A stretch of 64,000 bases of DNA from positions 841,280 to 905,279 of the forward strand of contig CP011210.1 in NCBI GenBank assembly GCA_001029675.1, written 5' to 3'. Below the pieces are notes generated by a model. It saw nothing but the letters and a program-made list of their open reading frames with translations, made no database searches and had not been told where the DNA came from. Every line of letters starts with the position of its first letter. Within the stretch, counting starts at the first letter, position 1. The stretch is from Candidatus Beckwithbacteria bacterium GW2011_GWC1_49_16 (GTDB lineage: Bacteria > Patescibacteriota > Microgenomatia > UBA1400 > CG1-02-47-37). A program made the position numbers and the translations under genes. Shown piece after piece: positions 19,760 through 26,851 of the stretch.

Positions 19760-20014
19760 ATGAAACTTAAAGCGGGAGATAAGGCACCTGCGGCTGTACC
19801 CGGGAAGCCTGCGGTATTCGCGACAACTTTAGTCAATTAAAGCAGAAAAATGATTAAAAGTTACGGCGCCGACGGGGTGATTTTTGCCAGAAGAACCACT
19901 TTTGTGATCGACCCCGCCGGCAAAATCGCCAAAATCTACGACAAAGTCAAGCCTGACGAGCACGCGGGAGAGTTGATTGAGGATTTAAAAGTCTATCACA
20001 CACCGGGTGTGTGA
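19760..20014 (+). pseudogene. bcp: bcp (thiol peroxidase/peroxiredoxin Q) pseudogene with internal deletion
   Basis: N-terminal fragment MKLKAGDKAPA matches the Bcp N-terminus (MNPLKAGDIAPK), followed by a stop at 19838. The C-terminal fragment 19850-20014 (..SYGADGVIFARRTTFVIDPAGKIAKIY..) matches the Bcp C-terminus. The roughly 90-codon core that carries the catalytic Cys is missing. The fragment ends HTPGV-stop inside the palindromic repeat. Confidence 0.7.
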
Positions 20015-20025
20015 TTGGGGTGGGG
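19995..20025. repeat. Palindromic repeat copy (ATCACACACC-G-GGTGTGTGAT) plus GGGGTGGGG tract
   Basis: 10-bp inverted arms. A G4TG4 tract follows immediately, as at the 21447 copy. Confidence 0.75.
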
Positions 20026-20198
20026 CGGCTTTTTGGGCGGATTGAGTGTCGCTAATCGCCCGCATCAAAATGACGTCCTTGACATTTTTGGGCCTTAGCT
20101 TTTCTCCTTTTTCATCCATATGTCAATAATAGCATGTTAGCGGCAGGTGGCGGCTTGGGCATAGAAAAATAGCCTGTTTTTTGGTAAAATATAGGGGT

Positions 20199-20462
20199 AT
20201 GTATAATTGGTCGGTTGATGAGAAGGCTTTTAAAAAAAGAAATCCGGAAGGGTATCGGCTGTGGCGGCTGGTACAACTGATTAACTACGGCCTGGACGGC
20301 GAGAAACTCGACGAGGACGAAGTCAAAAAAGCCTGGCCGAAGATTAAAGATGATCTCGATCCGTATTCTCGGCGGGCTATAGAGTATTTATTATGGCAAA
20401 AAGCATACTCACTGCCAAGCAACGTGACTTTTTGGAATTGGCAGAAAAAGAACCTTCACTAG
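20199..20462 (+). CDS. Small hypothetical protein upstream of and overlapping the AbiEii-like gene
   Basis: ORF of about 87 aa (track 20181..20462). It overlaps the NTase start by 70 nt, so it is uncertain whether it is real. By position it could be a cognate antitoxin. Confidence 0.3.
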   Translation: MYNWSVDEKAFKKRNPEGYRLWRLVQLINYGLDGEKLDEDEVKKAWPKIKDDLDPYSRRAIEYLLWQKAYSLPSNVTFWNWQKKNLH

Positions 20463-21073
20463 TTAAGCGGTTTTATTTAACCGGCGGCACGGCTTTGGCG
20501 GAGTTTTACTTTCAACATCGGTTGTCGGAAGATATCGATCTTTTTTCCGAACAAGAAGTAAATCCCAAAGCGGCAGAGGCTTTTTTGAAAAAGGCGGCGG
20601 CAAACTTAAAGATTAAAAAAATTGTCAGACAGCAGTTTTTGGGACTTCATACCTATAAACTCCACTATAAAGATGGCGATTTTTTAAAGGTGGATTTTAA
20701 CTATTATCCGTTCCCCCGGATTGAAAAAGGAACGAGTTTTGGTAAATTGGAAGTTAGCAGCGTCTACGATATTGCCGTAAATAAGATTCATACCGTCGGC
20801 ATGAAGCCCAGGGCCAGAGACTATGTTGATTTGTATTTTATTTTTACCACCTCAAAATACAAACCGGAAAAATATTTACAGAGAATGCGGCTCGACAGCC
20901 AGGCAAAATTTGATTGGCCGTTGGAGGCAAAAAACTTGGCGGCGGGGTTTTTGCGGGTGAAAGACTTTTCTAAAACCGACCTGCCCAAAATGCTCAAACC
21001 CCTTGACCTTAAAGCCATGGAAAAGTTTTTTTTGCAGCTGGCCCGGGGTTTGAAAAAGGAAATTTTTAAATGA
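20393..21073 (+). CDS. Nucleotidyltransferase of the AbiEii/AbiGii toxin family
   Basis: FYLTGGTALAEFYF..RLSEDIDLF matches the AbiEii NTase signature (GGTAL...SxDIDL). Confidence 0.65.
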   Translation: MAKSILTAKQRDFLELAEKEPSLVKRFYLTGGTALAEFYFQHRLSEDIDLFSEQEVNPKAAEAFLKKAAANLKIKKIVRQQFLGLHTYKLHYKDGDFLKVDFNYYPFPRIEKGTSFGKLEVSSVYDIAVNKIHTVGMKPRARDYVDLYFIFTTSKYKPEKYLQRMRLDSQAKFDWPLEAKNLAAGFLRVKDFSKTDLPKMLKPLDLKAMEKFFLQLARGLKKEIFK

Positions 21074-21468
21074 CCACTGTAACCATTGCCAGCGATAAAA
21101 AAGACCAAGTGGTGGATATTAGCGACCGGGTGCAGGAGGTGGTGGATAAGGCTGGGGTGAAAGACGGCAGCGTTACCGTGTCTGTGGCCCACACCACCTG
21201 CGCCGTGACTACCGCTGACCTTGATCCCGGCACCGACGAGGACATGATGGAAGCTTTCCGGGCGATGGTGCCTAAGTTAAAATTCCGCCACCCGCATGAC
21301 CCCGAGCACGCGCCGGATCATATTTTGTCCAGCCTCATCGGCCCGTCGGTGACCGTGCCGGTGGCAAAAGGCAAACTGGTGTTAGGATCCTGGCAGAGAA
21401 TCGTTTTGGTCGAGTTTAACGGCCCCCGCCAAAGACACATCACCATCTATCACATACCGGGTGTGTGA
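21070..21468 (+). CDS. yjbQ: YjbQ family (UPF0047) protein
   Basis: VSVAHTTCAVT...PDHILSSLIGPSVTVPVAKGKLVLGSWQRIVLVEFNGPRQRHI aligns with E. coli YjbQ. ATGA overlap with the NTase. C-terminus ..YHIPGV-stop is encoded by the repeat. Confidence 0.75.
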   Translation: MTTVTIASDKKDQVVDISDRVQEVVDKAGVKDGSVTVSVAHTTCAVTTADLDPGTDEDMMEAFRAMVPKLKFRHPHDPEHAPDHILSSLIGPSVTVPVAKGKLVLGSWQRIVLVEFNGPRQRHITIYHIPGV

Positions 21469-21479
21469 TAGGGGTGGGG
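21447..21479. repeat. Palindromic repeat copy (CTATCACATACC-G-GGTGTGTGATAG) plus GGGGTGGGG tract
   Basis: 12-bp arms with one mismatch. It contains the YjbQ stop codon and is followed by G4TG4. Confidence 0.75.
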
Positions 21480-22154
21480 TTAGCGGCAGGTGTCGGCTTT
21501 GACGAAGCCGGCGGCTTGGGCTTCTTTCTCACTGCAAAACCAAGCCTCGCCGATGTCCAGCTCGACCACGGTCCAAATGTACTGGGCGCAGCCGGGATAG
21601 TAGTATTTTTTGACTTTGGTGGATTTGTCGATGTTGGCTTTGATGTTACAGCCGGGATTGGCTAAGTTCTCCTTTTGCCAGCATTTTTGACTGAAAACGC
21701 CCAAGTTGTTTTTTCGGGCAGAGTGGTTGGCGGCTTTGAGGGCTTCCCTTTGGGAGGTCTGGTCTGAGTGGTAGCGGACCCAACCTGAAGCCAGCATAGC
21801 CTGATTCACCAGTTCGTCCCCGACATAGATTAAAGCCATGGGCCGGCCGCGCTGGTCTAAGATTTTTTCCGAGACGACCACCGACTGGCCTTCGACTAAA
21901 CTGGTGAGCAAGTCCTTGGCTTCCTGCCCGCCGCAAAACTCGAGCTCGGGGGCGTCGAGGTGGCGGAGCCTCAAGCGGACTTTGCCGTCTAGCACAATGG
22001 TGTCGCCGTCGATGACGCCTAAAACCTTGATGGCGTCGCCGGAGACTTGGGGCTCACCGAGTAAAACCAAATTTAAAATCAGTGAAGGCACGGCGACGGC
22101 AAAACCTATCCAAGGCAGAAGCTTGGTGAAGTTTAGTCTAACTCTCTTTTTCAC
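21480..22154 (-). CDS. Secreted thermonuclease (SNase-like) with Cys-rich C-terminal domain
   Basis: N-terminal TM/signal. GVIDGDTIVLDGKVRLRLRHLDAPE is the staphylococcal-nuclease motif. C-terminal YYYPGC..WFCSEKEAQAAGF..C cysteine module. Confidence 0.75.
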   Translation of the reverse strand: MKKRVRLNFTKLLPWIGFAVAVPSLILNLVLLGEPQVSGDAIKVLGVIDGDTIVLDGKVRLRLRHLDAPELEFCGGQEAKDLLTSLVEGQSVVVSEKILDQRGRPMALIYVGDELVNQAMLASGWVRYHSDQTSQREALKAANHSARKNNLGVFSQKCWQKENLANPGCNIKANIDKSTKVKKYYYPGCAQYIWTVVELDIGEAWFCSEKEAQAAGFVKADTCR

Positions 22155-22963
22155 TTTGCTCCCATGACTTGCTGTTCGTACTCACCGAGCGGTACGATTC
22201 GGTAAACAAACTGGTCAGGTATATCGTCATGAAGAGATATAGTAACGTCATCAATATGTTCGAAGCGGTTAGGCTGACCATCTCCTTTTATAAACTCGGT
22301 AAAATTACCTCTGTCCCCGAAGATTACTTGGACTCCCTTATGTGATTTTCCTTCAAATAGTAAGTCGGCAATTTTCTTGTCGTTTATGCCGAACTTTTCT
22401 AGGGCTTTTAGCGTTTTCGTTAAGTGATTTTGGACAAGTGGTTTGTCAATCTCATGGATCGCCCTAAGTACTTCGTCAGAGTTTTTTAGATTATCCACTT
22501 TTATCCACCCGTTTATCAATTCAAAGCTGGGTTCGAACCCTGTGCCAATTCTATCCGATTCTTCCTTGGGAACCCCGAGTCTGTATAATCTTTCCATGAG
22601 GCTCCAGCGCCAACCAATGTGCCAGTAATCCATCACCCAATCAAGGTTGCTTCCATAGACACTATCGACTAGATCCTCATGAATCCCCTGTTCTACAACA
22701 ACTTTTAAAACGTCAGGGTGAGGAATTAAGTTAACTCTTGCTTCCTCAGAATCTTTAGCTCCAGAGGACCACTTTAGTACTGAAATTTTTTCTCCAGATA
22801 CACCCTCTTCTAAATGGGATAAAGATATAGAGGTGCATCCGGCTAGTTCTTCCTTGAATAAAGGCTGATTTAGCTCATTTACAAGCTTGTCGGGAGTGAT
22901 AATCCTATCTTTGAATGGCTGCCAAATTTCTTTTGGTAGACCTTCACTATACTTTGCGTCCAT
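22151..22963 (-). CDS. Hypothetical protein
   Basis: 270 aa. 4-nt overlap with the SNase gene, so likely co-operonic. Confidence 0.4.
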   Translation of the reverse strand: MDAKYSEGLPKEIWQPFKDRIITPDKLVNELNQPLFKEELAGCTSISLSHLEEGVSGEKISVLKWSSGAKDSEEARVNLIPHPDVLKVVVEQGIHEDLVDSVYGSNLDWVMDYWHIGWRWSLMERLYRLGVPKEESDRIGTGFEPSFELINGWIKVDNLKNSDEVLRAIHEIDKPLVQNHLTKTLKALEKFGINDKKIADLLFEGKSHKGVQVIFGDRGNFTEFIKGDGQPNRFEHIDDVTISLHDDIPDQFVYRIVPLGEYEQQVMGAK

Positions 22964-23024
22964 ATAGATTCATTTTACACCAAGGTGATTCTCCGGGGCA
23001 TTGAGTGAATTTTAGCACAAAAAA

Positions 23025-23480
23025 TTATCTATACCCCTGGATTTCAGGTACCAGTGCAAAATGTTTGGAAAATTCGGTTTCTAGTTTTTCGGTGTAAAAA
23101 TCCTTTGACCCTCTCACGTCGTCTGGGTTCAAAGTGGTAGCTTCTAAATCTAGTTGTCGTGAAACTCTGTGTTCAGGCGTCACTCCTAAATGAATCTTAC
23201 CGGCGCATTGAATTTGAGTTTGAGGATTTATTGACCTTAGCGCATCGGCGAAATCAGAGTGATATACCGCACCTGAAAAAACGTACATTGTATCTTCCGC
23301 TACAATAAACTTTAACCTTACCCCGGCTCCCCCGATGAAAAATTCGTCAGCCAATTGGTCAAAATCTCTAATGTTCAACGGCTGATCGTTGATAGTTATC
23401 CTAAAACAATCGAAGGTTAAATCCTGTCTTTCTGTAGGAACCGGATTTATTCCTTCTAGAGCTTCTATCGTCGGTGACAT
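23025..23480 (-). CDS. Hypothetical protein
   Basis: Start is probably the ATG at 23480 (MSPTIEALEG). The track ORF begins at a TTG at 23564. Confidence 0.35.
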   Translation of the reverse strand: MSPTIEALEGINPVPTERQDLTFDCFRITINDQPLNIRDFDQLADEFFIGGAGVRLKFIVAEDTMYVFSGAVYHSDFADALRSINPQTQIQCAGKIHLGVTPEHRVSRQLDLEATTLNPDDVRGSKDFYTEKLETEFSKHFALVPEIQGYR

Positions 23481-23579
23481 AAAAAAAGCCTCCCCTTTTA
23501 CGGCAGGCGGAGATATTATACAACTAAAACTTGTTGGCGTGGTAAGATTATTATAGTACGGCAAAGGGGGTGAGGAGAA

Positions 23580-23765
23580 ATGAAAAAGGCTGATTATATT
23601 AAACTTTCCGGTTATCTTTTTGGGATTGTGGGGCTAATTCACCTAGGCAGGGTTTTTCTGGGCTGGCCGCTGATTTTGGGCGGCTTTCTAATCCCCGCCT
23701 GGGCCAGCTTTTTGGCCGGCTTGATCCTGTGGTACCTGGCCTACGCCTCGATGAAGTTGAAGTGA
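23580..23765 (+). CDS. Small two-TM membrane protein
   Basis: 61 aa, two hydrophobic helices. Confidence 0.35.
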   Translation: MKKADYIKLSGYLFGIVGLIHLGRVFLGWPLILGGFLIPAWASFLAGLILWYLAYASMKLK

Positions 23766-23772
23766 GGGGTTA

Positions 23773-24216
23773 CTAAGGGTGGGTAGCAAAACTAAAAATG
23801 CCTTCGGGCATCTGGTTTAGCATAAGGTTAGTTTTGGCTGCGAACGCGTCTGTGTCTCTCCGGTGAAGCACTAATCTTTCCAGGCGGCTTAATTTCGCGT
23901 CTTGTGGCCTGGTTTCGACAACTTCCATGGCTAACTGTTGATCGAACTCCGGGTTTTGGCTTAGTTTGTGTCTTATGGCTGTAACAACAAGGCGGTGGGG
24001 TTTGCTTGACATTCCGCCCTGATAATTTTCGTCATGAAGAAAAGACACGGTAGAATCTAGAAAGGCCGCGCTTTTTGAGGTAAGACCGATTAACAGGCTG
24101 GGATCGATGTCGATAGTGGCGCTGCCTTCTGTTAAGGCTTTTTGGGCGGCAGAGTTAGCCTCGGACAAAATGTGGTCAAGAGTATTAGCGCCTGCTTCTT
24201 TAGTTCCGCCCTGCAT
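23773..24216 (-). CDS. Hypothetical protein
   Basis: 147 aa ORF. Confidence 0.35.
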   Translation of the reverse strand: MQGGTKEAGANTLDHILSEANSAAQKALTEGSATIDIDPSLLIGLTSKSAAFLDSTVSFLHDENYQGGMSSKPHRLVVTAIRHKLSQNPEFDQQLAMEVVETRPQDAKLSRLERLVLHRRDTDAFAAKTNLMLNQMPEGIFSFATHP

Positions 24217-24228
24217 ACTTGCTGCCCA

Positions 24229-24618
24229 CTATTCCAAATCCGCAGGCTCTTTTTTCTTGACTTTAGGCTTTTTCATGGCTGAAACCAGCTCGAGAAGATG
24301 ATCCAGTTTTTGGTTAATCGCATCAAAGTGGTCCTGGTAATTGGGTCCTGATCTTTGCGGCGTCCGACCATCCCGGTTAAAGCGGCCACCTCCGCGCGGC
24401 TGACTGTCGCCGCTGTCTTTTCTGAAACAATCGTTGCAAAAAACCGGCTTGTCCCCTGTAGGGCGAAAAGGCACTTCGCAGTCTTTGCCGCAGTTGGAAC
24501 AGACTGCCGGATGCATTTCGCGCCTGAAGTCCCCGCCGCCAAAGCGCCCGCCGCCAGGGCCGCCCCGGCCTCCCCCGCCTCGGCTGCCTCCACCTCTGCC
24601 TCGATTAAAATCTCTCAT
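24229..24618 (-). CDS. Arg/Gly-rich protein with C4 zinc ribbon
   Basis: N-terminal RGG repeats (GRGGGSRGGGGRGGPGGGRFGGG). CSNCGKDCEVPF...PVFCNDCF zinc ribbon. Putative nucleic-acid binder. Confidence 0.45.
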   Translation of the reverse strand: MRDFNRGRGGGSRGGGGRGGPGGGRFGGGDFRREMHPAVCSNCGKDCEVPFRPTGDKPVFCNDCFRKDSGDSQPRGGGRFNRDGRTPQRSGPNYQDHFDAINQKLDHLLELVSAMKKPKVKKKEPADLE

Positions 24619-24665
24619 GGCGCCATTATACTCTTATTTCCCGCCTGGAAAAGGGGTAGAATGGA

Positions 24666-25487
24666 TTGATGAAAAATTACTTTGCCTTTATAGACGAATC
24701 AGGAAACTCGACGCAGGAAAGATTTTTTGGTCTGGGTTTAATGCTGATGGACGACGAAATTGGTGATTTCTATGATGCTATGAAGCCTCATTATGAAAAA
24801 GCTTTTAACATTGCCAAGTCAAACAAAATAACCAGAGTTAAAGAACTAGAAAAGAATGCCGACCTGAAACAGTTGTCTAGTTTAGCAAGTAGCCATATCC
24901 ATTTTGAATTAAAGTTTAAGTATGTAAACTTTACTAATAATGTAGTTTATCGAGACTTGGTAGCCACCTATTTTAACTTCAAAGAGGTAAGGTTTTGCGC
25001 CTTGATTATTGATCGTCAAACTTATTCAAATACAACCAAAAAGGGAATTACCTTAAATCCCTGGGATGTTTATATTAATCAAGCCTCCATGCTTCTGGCA
25101 AACAACATCAGGGAAATTACCCCGTGTAATGTTTGCGTTTTAGCGGATGATTTGTCAAAGCCCACATATATCAAAAAGTCGTTTGAAAAATCTCTCAAAG
25201 ATGCGCTTGAATACCGATTGAAAAAACGAGGTATCAGCAATAGTGTGTTTGGAGTTACAAGATTGGAGTCTCATTCATCTTTACTATTGCAAGTTTCAGA
25301 CATACTTTTGGGAGCGGTAATGTATGATTATAAGAAAAAAATTGGTTTAATTTCCGAAAAGCTTAGTCAAAGACAAGAGATTGTCACTGAAAAGATTCGC
25401 AGTATTCTCAAAACTAAAAGCTTAGCTGTCAATAAAACATTTCATCAACCCAACTATTTTTCCGTTTGGGAACTGAAGAAGCCATAA
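24666..25487 (+). CDS. DUF3800 family protein
   Basis: N-terminal YFAFIDESGN motif characteristic of DUF3800. Confidence 0.5.
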   Translation: MMKNYFAFIDESGNSTQERFFGLGLMLMDDEIGDFYDAMKPHYEKAFNIAKSNKITRVKELEKNADLKQLSSLASSHIHFELKFKYVNFTNNVVYRDLVATYFNFKEVRFCALIIDRQTYSNTTKKGITLNPWDVYINQASMLLANNIREITPCNVCVLADDLSKPTYIKKSFEKSLKDALEYRLKKRGISNSVFGVTRLESHSSLLLQVSDILLGAVMYDYKKKIGLISEKLSQRQEIVTEKIRSILKTKSLAVNKTFHQPNYFSVWELKKP

Positions 25488-25490
25488 AAA

Positions 25491-25524
25491 TTGCGGGTCA
25501 TGGACAAGAGACCCACACCCGCAA
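25491..25524. terminator. Hairpin between convergent DUF3800 and VRR-NUC genes
   Basis: TTGCGGGTC-n-GACCCACACCCGCAA inverted repeat (8-9 bp stem). No clean T-run. Confidence 0.3.
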
Positions 25525-25588
25525 TAACAGTATATATAAATTGTGGGACAAAAGTCAATCTTCTTTGTCTTTTTTGTCAACCCCCTGC

Positions 25589-26092
25589 TTAATTTTTTAA
25601 AACAACTAAACCTTCGCAAACTTTAGCTTGCAAAAGAACCACTTGCTTTTTAATCATCTGCTTTTTAAACCTTTTTTCAATTTGCTTAAAGAAATTCTTT
25701 TGGGCTGGGCTAAGCTTATCGGTTCTTTTAACCTCGGCGAAGAAAAATTCTTTACCCTTATAAACAAAAAGGTCTGGCGGCTGGGTTTTCTTCCTTTTAT
25801 CTTCTCGGCGCAAAAACCTAAAACCGTCTTCGCCGACAAATTTTTTGACAATTTGCTGTTTTCTGGGATGGGGGTTGTAAATGTACTGCTCCACCAAAAC
25901 ATTGAAGCCCTGCCGGTAGTAATGGATGGCCCTTAACCACTCGATAAAATGCCAGCTCGGCTGGCTGACGGTCAACTGCAAATCTTTATCGTCAAACAGC
26001 TTGGGATATTTCTTTTTTAGTTCCTTTGCCAACTTACCGGTTTTCCACCGATCCCAGAGCTTTGGATCATAACTAAAGTACTCGGTTTTCAT
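25589..26092 (-). CDS. VRR-NUC domain nuclease
   Basis: PDLFVYKGKEFFFAEVKRTDKLSPAQKNFFKQI matches the VRR-NUC PD-(D/E)XK core (PDL...EVK...LSxxQ). Confidence 0.5.
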   Translation of the reverse strand: MKTEYFSYDPKLWDRWKTGKLAKELKKKYPKLFDDKDLQLTVSQPSWHFIEWLRAIHYYRQGFNVLVEQYIYNPHPRKQQIVKKFVGEDGFRFLRREDKRKKTQPPDLFVYKGKEFFFAEVKRTDKLSPAQKNFFKQIEKRFKKQMIKKQVVLLQAKVCEGLVVLKN

Positions 26093-26214
26093 ACAAGGCG
26101 TTGACTGCTTCAGTGTAGCATGGAGTCAGTTTCTTGGGGGGGGCGTTGTGATGATATAGTTTGCACGAGATATTGGTAGTTGACCCAGACGAAATAGTCG
26201 GGTATTCTCGAGGT

Positions 26215-26850
26215 ATGAAAAAAGTAACTGCCCGGCAAAAAGAGTTGTTAAAGGTTGTTTACGACTATATTAAAACAACTGGTTATCCTCCGACCATAAA
26301 GGAGATGAGAGATAGTTTGAAGGTCACCTCTAATCAGTCTGTCATCGACCTACTAGAACACCTAGAAAATAAAAAGTTGATCAAGCGACAAGAAGGTGTA
26401 GCTAGAAGCATTGTGATTTTACCTTTTGGGTACGAAGCCATTGCTAAAACAGCCTTGGCTCCATTCCTGGGCATGAGTCACGCCGGATCCCCCATTGACG
26501 CTATACAAATAGATGGCGAGTGGCAAGAGCTTTCTAACGAGGCCGCTCAGCTTAAGGATAATGTTTTTTTGCTTAAAGTTTTGGGTGACTCGATGATAAA
26601 CGCAGGCATTGATAACGGTGACGTTGTTTTAGTCAGAGTGCAAAAGGAGTTTGTGTCCGGAGACATAGTACTGGCTGAGGTTGAAGGTGAATCAACAATT
26701 AAACGGTTTATGTCTGATGACACTCCTCCATTTATTTACCTAAAGCCTGAGAATCCAAAACATAAAGTAATTCCATTTAACGAAAGAACTAAGCTTAAGG
26801 GAAAAATAATCTCTATCTTAAAAGAGGGGTCCTGGAAGTCTATTAACTAA
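26215..26850 (+). CDS. lexA: LexA-like repressor (wHTH plus S24 peptidase)
   Basis: N-terminal LexA DNA-binding domain (ARQKELLKVVYDYIKTTGYPPTIKEMRDSL). Ala-Gly cleavage site (SHAGSP). Ser/Lys dyad (VLGDSM ... TIKRF). Stop is 1 nt before the methylase start. Confidence 0.8.
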   Translation: MKKVTARQKELLKVVYDYIKTTGYPPTIKEMRDSLKVTSNQSVIDLLEHLENKKLIKRQEGVARSIVILPFGYEAIAKTALAPFLGMSHAGSPIDAIQIDGEWQELSNEAAQLKDNVFLLKVLGDSMINAGIDNGDVVLVRVQKEFVSGDIVLAEVEGESTIKRFMSDDTPPFIYLKPENPKHKVIPFNERTKLKGKIISILKEGSWKSIN

Positions 26851-26851
26851 T

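Noticed and set aside
25422-25619. 65-aa Cys-rich ORF between DUF3800 and VRR-NUC
   Set aside because: It spans the intergenic hairpin and the VRR-NUC 3' end, has no start context and low complexity. Likely spurious.
26093-26214. LexA/SOS box upstream of the lexA-like gene
   Set aside because: I looked for CTGT-N8-ACAG or GAAC-N4-GTTC type palindromes. Only two GTTGAC hexamers are present and there is no convincing inverted repeat. I cannot assign an operator from sequence alone.
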